DNA of 63,886 nucleotides, filler included, from Choristocarpus tenellus KU-1152 (GCA_964200185.2; 10 parts of 10 records of this genome joined end to end with filler, not necessarily neighbours in it); one strand, 5' to 3'. Positions 26,450 through 39,464 are shown, counted from the whole stretch's first letter. Notes: a model not told the origin generated them from the letters alone. A program made the numbers and translations.

Positions 26450-27350
26450 CACCTCCCCCCTCTCGCCCCACAAGCAATAGGAAACCACCAGACCACTTGG
26501 TCTCCCCAGCATCATTTTGTTAGGCAAAATGTACTTACAGAGCATTATGCAAGGACCCTTTCCCCCCTGCTCACAAGCCAGCCATTCAAGGAGGCGCAGA
26601 ACTTTACTCTCTCTTCTTCCGTAATTCTCGTACACATTACACATTACAATGGGAACATATGTTGTCAGCCCTGAGGCAGCACAGTGTACAACCAGTTTCT
26701 CATACTGTTCCCACTTTCCAAACCCCAAACCAGCTGGCGCTTAGCCTCGCCGAGAGCGAAGGGTGCTTCATACCAATGGCAGTGCAACATCGCATCCAAA
26801 ATTCTCATCAAGACATACTGTCAGCACAATAAACAAGCAGGCTTGCCAAGTGGAGTCAGATAGCTCCCACCAAATTGATGCCAATCCAAATGACCTCCTT
26901 GCAATGAGTAAGATACAGCAATCCCACCACCGGGGGTGTTTGTCAGCACTTGTAGCTACCTTCGAATAACCCAGCACAACCAAAACCAGAAGCAATCCCA
27001 CCACCACCCCAACACCAGTATTAAATGCATTTAAACATTATGCTCATTGGCACCAACTAACAGCATCACCACGCCTTCCTAACCATGAGTTCAGAACAGA
27101 GTCCCAACCGCACCTCGTGCCTACTGATTTTCTCGGAGTGACTGAGTGAGGCACAAACAGTGCCTTGCATCCTACAACACGAGCGAGAGCAAGATACAAA
27201 AGCAGTGCAACTTCTCGAGAACTCTCCTGGAATGTTCCACACAAAAGGAGAAACACACCAGTGCTTACTGTGCCGGTCAAAAACCCACACACTACATTTT
27301 AGACAGTGGACTGCTGTGAGCCATAGCAGCAACCTGTGGAGAGACCAACA
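26450..27350 (-). pseudogene. Degenerate non-LTR retrotransposon 3' region, restriction-like endonuclease (RLE) type
   Basis: EQYEKLVVHCAASGLTTYVPIVMCNVYENYGRRESKVLRLLEWLA resembles the RLE C-terminus (E..K...Y..C...G..F.P.V.E.YG....A...L..LA). An upstream ..ISRHEVR resembles the RH(N/D) motif that follows the CCHC finger. Confidence 0.45.
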
Positions 27351-28445
27351 TGCCTTCCCCTTTCCCTTTCCCTTTCCCTTCCCCTTCACCCAGCTAGTAT
27401 CTGTTTGACTGTCGCCATCTGTTCCTCTGTCAACACCTGTCCAATATGGAAAAATGTGCATATGAAGGCATTCAAAAGGAGGGCATGCGCACAAGATTAG
27501 CCCCAACCAGTCTTGAGGTCGCAGGAAAGAATCTGAGATTCAAAACCAGAAAACGGACTCATCTCACCTCTTTTATCATCTCGGGACTACATACAAACAG
27601 CAGAGCGGCGAGCCCCCGGCTATTGATCGTCGTCTGACTGCGGTACACTACCCAACAACAAAAGCAATAGTAGGGCGAAAAGCTTTTACGATGTTCGCAT
27701 TAATTGATACCTCTCTATCATGGTCATACTACAAACCTACTCCCTAGCACTTCTTGGTTACCTGTTTTCTCCTCTTGTTTTTGTCTAAAGGAGCATATAA
27801 TCGCCATCAATCAACCACAGCAGTTTCCCCCCCTGCCAAACATCGAAACGTACTGAACTCTACTCACAAAATCGCAACCCTTTCTCCCATACACACCAAC
27901 AACACAGACTCAAGCCTTAGAGGTACAAACACAGGTGTCAAGCGTTAGCCATGAATACAACATGCAGGACAAGGAGATAGTACCCCCACCAAACAGGAAC
28001 ACAATTGCTATCGGTACAAAAATCAACACAAATGAAACAAACGCCACCTTATCTCCCATACAAAACCATTAGGATGCACTCACCCTCGAAAAAACAACTC
28101 ACGGACTCAATTTTGGGATTACCCACACCAACCATGCATACAAAAAAAAGATAAATCCTCGATGCCAACTGAAGGCAAGCATGCAGAAGCAAGACTATCC
28201 ACACCTCACCACCCCATGAACCAGAAAACCAAGAGCCAACCTCTCTAACGGGTGACCCACTATTTACACTTCAAGATTCAACATTGCATCCGCCTGCATT
28301 TCTTGCTAGGCTGCTGAGTACAAACCTTGGAGAGGAATCAAATCTCAAGTCTTCCAAGCATACAAGCACTTAAGTACTTAAGTCTACATTAGATGCTCTA
28401 CTGGAAAAGGACAAAACAATGAAGCACACAAAAATCCCAACTAAC

Positions 28446-29252
28446 CTTTGGGAACACCACTGTGAATCTAATGTACAGGTTTCCAAATGCTTTTCCTCCC
28501 GAGCCCCTCCTAGGCATCCCCTCCTCCCTGAGTTGGATTGTTTCTCCTGGGGGGGTCACACCCTTTCGTTCAACCAGGACACTGTGCCCATCCAGGTGGT
28601 CAAACGTTGTCTTGAATCCTGTCTGGAGGGCAACACAGTTGAAGATGGTAGGAAAGACACATGGTGGAGAAGGCCAGCAGGCAGACAGGCAGGCGCAGGC
28701 AGGCAGACAGGCAGACATATATTTGAGTTTGTATTGCATTTGTGTTGCATTTGTGTGCATGCATGCATCAGTACACTCAAAACATGTAACTGTCTGTAAC
28801 TGATAACACGCGTCTGTATGCGGAACTACTCACAGTATATTCAAGGGCAAACTAGATTTGTTTTACTTTATCACTGCGTGCAACAGAAAAAAAATTAACA
28901 AAATAATAAAAAGGAGCAGTTGCACCCCGAAACCCCCTAAGTAAAACAAGGAAAAAAAATTCCTTATACTTATATACTTGTAGCCCTTTCCAAAGAATCA
29001 TCCCTGCCTGGCAAGAAAAAAAAAATCAATAATAAAAAACTGTACTGTAACATGAAATATCAGAGCTCTACCAACATCCATCTACATCTATTTCACCAAA
29101 CCCCCTCTCCTTCATCTTACCAAAGCATCCACCAGCTCAATATCCATATCCATGTAGAGGTCATCGTTCCGTCTTGTAAAGTCCGGATGAGGGATGGTCT
29201 CAATAACCATCACCAAGTCACCCGCCTTCTGCCCGATGGCCTCGTCTGCCAC
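28446..29252 (-). CDS. Hsp40/DnaJ protein, C-terminal substrate-binding domain (two exons, partial)
   Basis: Phase-0 exons 29252-29121 (VADEAIGQKAGDLVMVIETIPHPDFTRRNDDLYMDMDIELVDAL) and 28622-28446 (TGFKTTFDHLDGHSVLVERKGVTPPGETIQLREEGMP...GNLYIRFTVVFPK); classic DnaJ_C motifs. Confidence 0.92.
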
Positions 29253-30467
29253 CTGCACGACGTTGCAGAGCGCACGCAGAACAATATTAAAAAAAATCAA
29301 TCAATCCGCTATTTTTTTTAAAAACAAAAACACAAGAACAAATATATATATATATATTATATATACTTACAAGAATTATGTAGTACACTACTATAAAAAA
29401 TAAAAAATAAAGAGGGAAAAAAAAGGAAATGCAGAGGAGGACAGGGGGATAAAGGTAGAAGGAACAAACAGCACATCCCCCACTTGCAGATGAGGGCAGC
29501 GCAGTACCAGCGAGTGTTTACTGCCCCCAATAGTGTATAGTATAGTTCAAATCAACAATGGTTTCCTCTTCAAATTTTGCCAAGCACTCAATTCGCTGGT
29601 AGTCTGAGATCCCTTGCTGAGCACATGCACAGAAGTTGGTTAACTGTTTAGAACAGGTAATACACAAAGGAAACATACATGCATCACACCCATGTCACAC
29701 AGATTTACCAACTCCTTCCTTAGTTCAAATCTCCAATCCCCTCCCCCCCCCCAAAAAAAAAACAACATCACAGTAGTAGTTCCACAATATAAGTAGGTAC
29801 TTGCACTTAGTCCTTCCCCNNNNNNNNNNNNNNNNNNNNNNNNNNNNNNNNNNNNNNNNNNNNTTAATTAATTAANNNNNNNNNNNNNNNNNNNNNNNNN
29901 NNNNNNNNNNNNNNNNNNNCTTATGTTTACCGTTCCCCCCCCCAATTTCCTAAAGAGCACAGGGGGAGAAAGGGGGGGGGGAGGGGTGTGTGTTCAGATT
30001 CAAGGCCAGAGAGCACTCCATGCTTCTACAGTGGCAAAAGGATATAGAACAAGGTTTTAAGGAGCAAGAGCAGGGGTGTGGGGGGGCAGGGGGGGGGAAG
30101 GTTCAACACTCCAGATTAAGAAACCACTTGGAAAGATCTCTATGCCAAAAATTACTCAAGTGAATTTACGCACGCTGTAAATTATAGGAAGAGCCCCTTA
30201 CACATCCCCCTTGAGTGTACCACACAGACCCTATACCATTGTCTATTTATACCACAAACCATAGTACATGAAGAGTAAGTAACAAATGACCTTCTCTGAT
30301 GTACTACTACACTGGACCTCAATACCCAAGAGCAAAAATAGAAGTGTCCCTTCACAAACACTCCAACTCCGACTAAACCTTCATCAAAAGTGATTTTTGA
30401 TAGCCAAAGTGGAGGGCACAATTTGTTGGGATTGATTTTGATTGATTTTGAGGACATCTTTGGCCAA

Positions 30468-30598
30468 TTTTAAAATATAAAATACAATAAATACAAAAAA
30501 TAATGCTGCTCCCATGGAAATAAAAGAACCCATAGAAGAGATACTAAATTCCACCCAGGAAAAGCATCTGGATAATGTTGATAATCAGGTATCCTTCT
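30468..30598 (-). pseudogene. cox1: Nuclear mitochondrial insertion (NUMT) of the cox1 3' region
   Basis: AT-rich segment translating RRIPDY(QHY)PDAFPGWNLVS/SMGSFISMGAALFFVFIVF, the COX1 RRIPDYPDA..GWN..SS.GS motif, with a 9-nt insertion and a frameshift. Confidence 0.85.
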
Positions 30599-30825
30599 AA
30601 TGTTGCTAAGGGATAGAAAAATATGTACATGCACATACACACATATGCAATCAATGCGTAACTTGAGGGAAAAAATAATTGTGTACAGCATATACACGTT
30701 CTAGAAAAAGATTTGTCCAAAATAGAGACGGTTCAACAGACCTCAGTCTTTAAAAAAATAAATTCAAACCACTCCGCAGCAAACAAAAACAACCAACACA
30801 GGTGTCAAGACGTGTCGTAGGAAGC

Positions 30826-31014
30826 CATGTAACCCTGACCCTAACATTAACAATTAATACTTATCTAATATGGTACTAATACCACTAACATGTAACCCTA
30901 ACCCTAACATTAACAATTAATACTTACCCAATATGGTACTAATACCACTAACATGTAGCCCTAACTCTAACATCAACAATTAATACTTACCTAATATGGT
31001 ACTAATACCACTAA
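30826..31014. repeat. 63-bp minisatellite x3 containing telomere-like AACCCT
   Basis: Units start at 30826, 30889 and 30952 (CATGTAACCCTAACCCTAACATTAACAATTAATACTTAC...). Confidence 0.95.
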
Positions 31015-31166
31015 TGTGTGTACAGAAGACCCCTACCCCTAAATAAAAAAGTAACAATCAAATATTGAGATTGACTTTAAAGTAACAAATCATAATAATA
31101 ATAATAATCTTGGCAACAAGGTCTGCTTTTGACAAAACCCCTCTCCTAATTAACCCTAACCCTCAC

Positions 31167-34100
31167 CATGAGGCGATCCCAGTTATCAGCATCTACATCA
31201 CCATCATCCTCAACAAAAGCTCCCGCCCTGAGCTGTTCCGCCTCCAATGTTTCACCAAATGTCTCAGGTGGCGCCTAGGATATATTCCAAGGACAGGAAG
31301 AGACAGGAAGTGAAAAAGGGCAGGGGTTGGAAGAGGGATGGAAGGGGGGGAACACAGAACATCAAATAAAAACACAAAAAACACAAAAAACAAAAAGAAA
31401 GAGGGTTCACCTCAGTCACCAGCCCAAAATTGGCAAATTTCTTAGAAAAAATACACTATAATGTTCCAAAACCAGAAACTTTACTTCTACATTGATAAAA
31501 ATTAAAATTAAAAAGATACACACACATAGAGATCTTTAAAAAGGACAACCAAAAAGACACCATGTAATTTTTTTTATAATTCCAAACTATGGGCCCATCA
31601 GAAAGAAGAGATGCCACGAGCAACATACGAAATCAACTGTTAAAAATAAAAACAAATTACGAGCAACATACGAAATCAACTGTTAAAAATAAAAACAAAT
31701 TACAACAATGAACAGGAGTAAAGCAGTCTCATCACTACAAGAAAATAAAACACACACACAACACAGACATCGAAAGAGAGAGACACACACAACACACACA
31801 CAACACAGACACAACATAGACACAACACAGACATCGAAAGAGAGCGACACACACAACACAGACACAACACAGACATCGAAAGAGAGAGACACACAAAGAC
31901 ATCTATCCACACACCTCACTGTTCCTGCTGCCACCATCTCTAACGAACAGACAAGAAACCCCTCACCTTAATTGTCCCCTGTATAGCCCTGCCAAGCGCT
32001 CTGGTAAAGTGCTCCCGATACTCCTCTGCTGACGCTTTTAGGCTCTCCACCGACAACGCATCCATCTTCAATACAAAAACCAGGAACCAGGTAAGGTTTC
32101 CAAGGGCAGGCAGGGGAAGCATAAGAGGATTTCAAGGTTTGTTGAAAACACAGTACAGTCCACATCAAAGTTTGAAAATAATGAGACCATGTTGCAGCTC
32201 AATAACCCATGACGAAAGGAGGGGGGGGGGGATGGAAAGGAGGGGGGCCTTCATCTCATCAATACACAACACAACAGCATGTCATGAGACTCGGACAGAG
32301 AGCCAGCGCAGAGGTAGGGAGACCTACTAAACTTACACACAAGATTCCACACATATACTGTACCAGAGCACACTGAATTACAGACACGATTTGCATCAGC
32401 AATTCACACAACAGAGGGAAACAAAACGCCTTGGAATATAGAAGTACACCCGTATAAAACTACCAATAATTGACAAGGACTGCAAACAAATACTCATCAT
32501 TCCCACAAAGTTTTTCTACAACGGAAAAAGAACCTCTTGACCAACAACAACCCATCACACAACCTTCATGTTCCCAAACATCCCTTCCAAGACAGCCACA
32601 AACTTAAAAACAAAACCATACCACCACAACTTGTAACTTGTAACAGATGTCAACCCTAACCCCATTGCCTACGCATTCCAAACGCCTCCTCCATAGATCA
32701 AAAATCTCTCACTGCCTTCAAAGATCAACCAAAACCTCATTCAAGTCCAGTGAAGCAATCTCCCATTCCCACCCCTAACCCTAAGCTGTCATATGGCTCA
32801 TGCACAATCGCCACATCACCCCAGACTCCATCAAATAGCTCCAGGGCCCAACTCATCGCCCCAGAGAAACCCAACACCATACCTCCAAAAGTCATCCCAG
32901 ACCCTACCCCAGAGCCATAGACCCAGCCCCAGAGTTATGCCGTAGAACTAGCCCCATAGCCTCATAGTACTAAATACACTATTACCAGAGACAACAAGTA
33001 CTAAATGACATGTCCCCAATTGCTATGCTAGACAACACTCCCGGTGCATATGTGATTGAGACCACTCCTTACTCTCTAGTAACATATCACAAGCATTTTA
33101 CTTATCATTAGTTCCTAATACTGTCGCTACACCCACTACACAACACCTCACCCAATCAAAACAACACTTTTCAACACCTCAGCAAGGCATTACCCATTCC
33201 TCTCTGAGAGGTTTTACTCTACCACTCATATCAGAGCTTGACTCCAAACACACGCACAACATAACTTAACATAACATAACATAACCACATACCGGACACA
33301 ACTCTGTACTACTAGCCAAACCCAGAGCACAACACACAGCCCCAGAGCCGCACCTCCTTCTCAGTTGCAAGTAACCTCCCCTCAGCCGCCGAGAGCTCAT
33401 GCTGAAGTAGAGGCACAATGCGAGCAACATTACGGCGATAACACTCCTCAACACGCCTCTCTAGGAAACGGCGGAGGCGGGACATGCCAACACGTGGCAA
33501 ACACAAAGGGGATGCCTGGGGGCCTAGCTTCGACGCCACAAACACCTGTGAGGGACCAAGAGGGAGACCATATCAAAAATGTTCAAAAACACATGAGAAC
33601 AAACGCCATCCATATTTATTGAACAAGAGACAGAATGCAGGGGTTTTGAGGTGAAGAGGATTCCACATCGAAACAAAGGTCTCAGAAGGATAAGCAAGGT
33701 GCGCGTGCATGTGTATGAGTGCTTTCACAGCCAACATTGTCCTCTCAAGACGCAATGTAGCTTCTAAATATCCTTATAATGTACATTATGCGTCCTTCAT
33801 ATTGCCACATCACCTACAAAAAACGGATTTATCAATCTATATCTACAAAATTCAAGGTGTGAACACTGGACTCCAAACAAACAAATTGGTCTAATTCATA
33901 ACAGACACTAGTTTTAAAACATCAATATTTTTCAAGCCTTTACACATACGCCCCCCCCAATCCCTCACATAACCCCCCCCATCCCCAACAAAATCCAACC
34001 CCAACCCTAGCCCTCACTCTGAATCCAACCCTACCCATTGACCTAAGCCTAACAATATCCCCAAACCCAACCCTAGCCCTAACCCTAGCCCTAGGACAAT

Positions 34101-35528
34101 ACAAACCAACCCTAAACCTAACCCTAACCCTCTAACCACATTGACATAATGTAATGTAACCCTAACCCTCTTCTATACCTGATCCTCCCGCTCAGCCCTC
34201 CTCACTGCCTGCACAAAAGCTTCATTTGAGAAATAAGCAGAGTCACGCCCACGTCCAACCCTACCAGAAGGGACTGTAGTGAAAAATGGACCTCCCAGAA
34301 GGCAAGGAAACATCCGCTGCACCACCGGAGCCCTGAGGCAAGAACCAGGGCCGAGGCATTAAACCAACTAAAAAATAGTGATAATCGAGAGCAAACAGGC
34401 CGTTCCATTGGTTAAAAAGTTGCTGCTTCCGTCTGCATACCGTTACCCTAACCCTAACCCTAACCCAAAACACACATGTTGCTCTCTGTGAGACTTCAAA
34501 AAGCTCAACCAATAGGGAGGGAGGGTAAGGTGCCGGCATGATCTCTCAACAGGCTGGGAAGGTAGTCATGCTTGGCTAAGGAAGGTGCAATAAAGTTTGG
34601 AAACAACACTTACAGTTACAGTTACAGTTGCAGTTACATGGCGCATTCACTGCACCTACAGCAAAACAAGGACAGAGATAACAAAAAACCCCAACTCAGT
34701 CGCCCTGTCTGAGTTGACAACCTCAGTGACAAGAGAAGGAACTACTACACCAATAGGATCACAATTCACATAAACATATAGATAGCCCAGGAGTCTTGAG
34801 CACAAGCAAACGAGGAAGCACATGCATCAAGGAAGTGTCACAGAATCTTTCGTCTCTTCCAAACAGAAAAACCGTGTACTTATTCCCTAACCCTAACCCT
34901 AACCAAATATATATAGTATTAAAAACAGTAGACAGAAGTTAGGAATCGAAACACAAATAAATAAAAAATCATAAACACAATTATATACAAAAATATCCAT
35001 ACATAAAACATATGCAAATAACACTAGAATGTACAGTATAAAAAGTATAAAAAGCCAATTACTTACCATACATTCCACACTTAATATAGTATATACTATG
35101 AAAGGCGTGTTCTGTCTTCCAAAGTACACTGTAACTGATTCTTCTACTTCACAAATCAGTTACAGTGTCAACCCTCCTTCACCCCCACACACACGCACTG
35201 AATCCACTTACTACCCCTGCAGTACCTCTCTCAAGGACAACAATATACAAAAGGCATTCAAACATAATTAGAACACACTCATACGTACACAGATGAAGCA
35301 TTCATACAAACTCTCAACACTACTGTGTCCTAAATACCAACCAGAAGAAACAGACCTCAAAAACATCATATCACGTAACCCAACACACAATCCAACCCCT
35401 AACCCTCACCCTGTGTCAAGTTCAACTTACCTTAGAAAGTCATCCAGGTCTTCCGCTGCTCCAAACTGTGGAAGCTTAGTGTCCAGCTTAGGTGTTACCA
35501 GCACTGTACGAGAGAGGTCGTGATCAAC
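31167..35528 (-). CDS. ARC5: Dynamin-related plastid division protein DRP5B/ARC5, five internal exons (partial)
   Basis: Exons 35528-35431, 34332-34179, 33545-33354, 32065-31967, 31274-31167 splice in phase. VDHDLSRTVLVTPKLDTKLPQF...LLGGPFFTTVPSGRVGRGRDSAYFSNEAF...RVGMSRLRRFLE...IVPLL...AIQGTIKAPPETFGETLEAEQLRAGAFV is co-linear with plant ARC5 (LSRT.VV.TKLDTKIPQF; PFFTSVPSGRVG; APPDKFGETL). Confidence 0.92.
31617..31702. repeat. 43-bp tandem duplication
   Basis: CGAGCAACATACGAAATCAACTGTTAAAAATAAAAACAAATTA x2, followed by CA/GA-rich low-complexity sequence to about 31900. Confidence 0.9.
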
Positions 35529-36229
35529 CTTGATCGTGACAAAAAAGGGTGGCAGTGATACACAAACAGGGTACAGAAGAAGTTTTCATAAACATGTGAA
35601 GGGCGAAAGATGGATGGAAAGGGGAGAGGAAGGGAGTTCCAATTCGCTTCGACTCACCGCAATCAATATTTAAAATATCTCCATCATCAGGACATGTGAA
35701 CATAGAATCAACAAAAAAGGCTCAACAAGGGGGGNNNNNNNNNNNNNNNNNNNNNNNNNNNNNNNNNNNNNNNNNNNNTTAATTAATTAANNNNNNNNNN
35801 NNNNNNNNNNNNNNNNNNNNNNNNNNNNNNNNNNCACGGTATAACGGTTTATGGCATACGGCAATAACGGTATAATAACAGGCAAACATGCTTTCCACAT
35901 AAGTAAGTGTGTATAATACAGTTTCCTGCATGTATGTGTGTTTGTGTGTGTGTGTGTCCTGCATTTTAACCTGGAGACACCATGGAGATGAGCAAGGAAG
36001 GGCTTGTTAGATTCTTGAGAAGATGCTTCATTAGCTCCTCACACTGGGGTGAAGGAATAAGTTAGGTTGGAGGCACAGGAAGGCAGTGGTACAGCATACC
36101 TGGTAGTAGAATAATAGTAAATAGATTATTGTTTTCACATTTATGACAGCTGTTACTTTTTGGGGGATTTTTCTGATTTGTTAATAGTTTTCATTGGTTT
36201 TTCCCCAGACACATCTGAAAAATAATCCA

Positions 36230-39200
36230 GGTAGAGGAGGCGCAGCCAAACTGGATTGGTTTGGGTTAGGTTTACATCATTCATGGTCCGTGATGGGTTT
36301 CATACCAAACTCCTCCAACTGACGAATGAAAACCATGCAGACTGGTTCACCACAACACGTGTCTTCTTGGGCACAAAATGTGTTATCGATGGTGCATTAG
36401 ATGACAGGGAGGAACCAATCAGAGTGAGCAATTTCAACTTCACCAAGGGGAAGGATGTGAGTGAAGATGAGGTCACCAAGGTCAAATAGGCATGAGACGT
36501 TTTGTTGAGAAGTACCACTGGCTTCTACAGGTGCATTGTTCGTTTTGTAGTAGCGTTACCATTGGAGACTTGGAAGCAGTTGAGGGAACATTTTCTTATC
36601 CACTCGGATAAGGAAATAGCCAGAGACTACGAAAGATGGTTATGAAATCAAAATGCCCCGGGAGTCCAACCCCCAAATCACCTTCACACCACTATGCTTA
36701 TCTGGGCAAGCCAGATGGCATTGATGGGGCATGAAATGTCGGAGAATGTTCTACAAATCGCTATGCTGGGTTCTCTGGACGACGACGACCAGATCACAAA
36801 CCATTACTTGCGACATCATTGTCTATATTAGCGTACGAGGGATGTCATTCAACGTGACGCCCGTTCGCAATATCTTCCCTGCAACACGAAGCGCAGGGAA
36901 CCGCAAGGAGCCTGCGAGCACTATTGCCATGAGGACTATGAACTCGTGCCAGGAACATGAACTCGTGGAAGAGGAATCAGAAGTTAGCCGAGGAGGCAGC
37001 CAAGGTACTACTGGTCATCGTACAGATCATGGCACGACAAGATCCCGTCCCAGGGGTCAGACCATGGCCCATGAAATATTTTTCAAGTGTGGATTGGTGA
37101 AGCATATCGGTCCTTGCACGTTTGAAGGGCCGTGCTTCAGCCGCGGGAGCAAAGGGCACCTGCAGGCTGTTTGTCACCAGGATAGAGCGACGCCGTCAAA
37201 GTCAACGGCTGAATTAGCTGGACCAGAGGAGGAACCAGCTAGGGAAGGAAGAGAGAAAATCCAAGGCCGCATTAGCCACTGTGGGCGACCGTGGCAAGGT
37301 AAGCTTTGTATGGTTTAGAAAGGTGGTACTTTGATTCAGGGGCATCGAGTAGTGTGATAAAAGACTCAAACGAACATGATGACTTCACCCCATGTCCAGA
37401 AGGTCAAATGACTGTGGCTTATGGCACATCACTACCCATTGTGGGGTACGGCACAATTGATACATATTTCAACGTACACCACGATGAGTGGGTGCATGTT
37501 ACTTTGGCGTCTGTCGCACTGGTCCCCAATCTAGCATTCAATCTCGTTTCCCCACGCTCTGCTTGTTGAAGGATGAGGACGAGACAGTTTTGGTGTTTTA
37601 CTTGTTGTTATTTGCGTATTTCCCTTCACATCTCCTGAGGACTAGAGGGCATATCGTATCTACTCTCAGTTCAAGAGCTGGGGGTGTTGAGAATGGTATC
37701 TCCTGGACTGATCGAGAGTACAAGGGGAATATAAGGTTGACGTTTAATGTTTGAATGGAGGTCTGGATTGGTGAGAGTTCAGGAAGTGGAGACTGGATGC
37801 TGGAGGTCACCATTCTGCAGCACTCCACACTTGGTGGCTTTGCAAACTTCTTTGATTTTTCTGCTGTTTTGTTTTACAAGAGTTGCATTGTTTGATTTGC
37901 TTTATCTGTTTTCCATTGAGACTACCCTTGCGATGTGTGCAAGTGATGATTATATTAGAGTGTCAGTGGATGATATCCCCTCTAGAACCCAAGACTACAA
38001 TAGCAGCACATAGTTTTCCTTAATGTGATTTACAGGATCGAGCTAAGGCAGAAAGAGATGTCTGGATTGCTGTTTGAATGACAGTAGTTGGGTGGAGGCC
38101 GTGTTACTCCCTGAACGCAGGGCCTTTTATACCATATAGATTCTAGCACCAGTTCAACAAATTTGGTAAAGTAGTGAGATACAAGGGATGTCTAGTAGCA
38201 ACAGGATTTGCATGAGATTAAGGATTTAGATTACGGTGATACCTTTGCCCTGACGACATGGCCTGTACGTCTAAGAATGGTTTTGGCACTAGCTACAGGA
38301 AAGGATTCATGCATTGGGATGTGAAGCAGACTTTTATTTGAGCAGAAATCAGAGAGGAAATATTTGTTCGTTTATATGATGGGTGCATTTGTGATCAAGA
38401 AAGATTGTGCATTTAGTGAAAGCTCTTTATGGCAGCAAATAGGCTAGCAGGGAGTATAATAATTTGTTGATGCACGTTTTGGAACGATGTTGATTTGAGC
38501 AATGCAGAGTAGATCCCTGTGTGTTACGCTATATAAGAGATGGTGATGTTTGTGCTGTGATAGACCCTCACGTTGATGATTTTATGGTAGCAGGTATATA
38601 TGATTTTTTTTTTATTTGGGTCCGCTCCAGGATTAAGGAGCGATTTTCTATAAGAAGATTTTGGTGACCTATATTACTACATGGGTTGTGAGTTTTCTCG
38701 TGACAGGATGCCCAACACCGTGATTCAAAGTATCTTAGAGGATAGAGCAGCGTCCGTTTGGGGGTTAAAATCCAATGTTGCGATCTTGATGTAATTTTGG
38801 CTATCGTGTTTTTTAGGAAGTGTCAATATCCTTGTTGCAAACACACCTTTTCATAGAGTATATTTTACCTACTCCGAGACATTTCAGAGTAGGAAAATAT
38901 CATAAAGAACCAGTGGGATCCAAGCTCCAAAGAGCCAAAGTATCTTAGATTGTAGGGCCGCGTCCATTTGAGGTCAAAATCCAATGGTGCGATTTTGATG
39001 TAATTTTGGCTGTCGCGTTTGTTAGGAAGTGTCGATATCCTTGGTTTAGATACACCTTTTCATAACGTAAACATTTTGCCTACTCCGAAACATTTTGGAG
39101 TAGGCAAAATGTCATAAAAAAACTTGTGGGAAGCCAAGCCCCGAATAATGGACAAAGAGGGCAAAACTCGTACCCTCTAAGATACTTTCACTCAGTCAGC

Positions 39201-39464
39201 ATTAGTCAGAATAAGTACGTCAAGAGTATTTGTCAAAGATTTGGTGTAAGGATGGGGCAAAGAAGAGGACGGTACCCAATATCTCTCAAGGACTTAGAGA
39301 CAAGAACGAGGATCATCCACGTGTTAATGAAATATACCGTACAAAGAGGCAGTTGGTAGTTTGATGTGGGCGGCTGTTGTGACAAGGCTAGGCATTGCAA
39401 ATGCAGTTCGTGAGGTTGCCAAGTACAGTAGTAATCCCATCGTTATACATTGGCGTACAGTTAA
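36230..39464 (+). mobile_element. Degenerate Ty1/Copia retrotransposon (gag, protease, RT), integrase missing, MITE-interrupted
   Basis: Protease WYFDSGASS; RT motifs GKVVRYKGCLVATGF, DYGDTFA, HWDVKQTFI, VKALYG, HVDD, ISQNKYVKSICQRFG, PYKEAVGSLMWAAVVTR; many stops and frameshifts. Confidence 0.9.
38722..39193. mobile_element. Two tandem/nested family A MITEs inside the Copia RT
   Basis: First copy 38722-38931 lacks its right end; second copy 38932-39193 is complete. Copia RT resumes immediately after. Confidence 0.85.

Noticed and set aside
30826-31014. CRISPR-like regular repeat (also 48626-48795)
   Set aside because: Units are contiguous tandem copies with no unique spacers, there are no cas genes, and the context is eukaryotic.
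31683-31971. Cys/Val-rich ORFs
   Set aside because: They come from CA/GA low-complexity repeats in a DRP5B intron.
28446-35528. Functional cluster of DnaJ and ARC5
   Set aside because: They lie on different contigs separated by an artificial linker.
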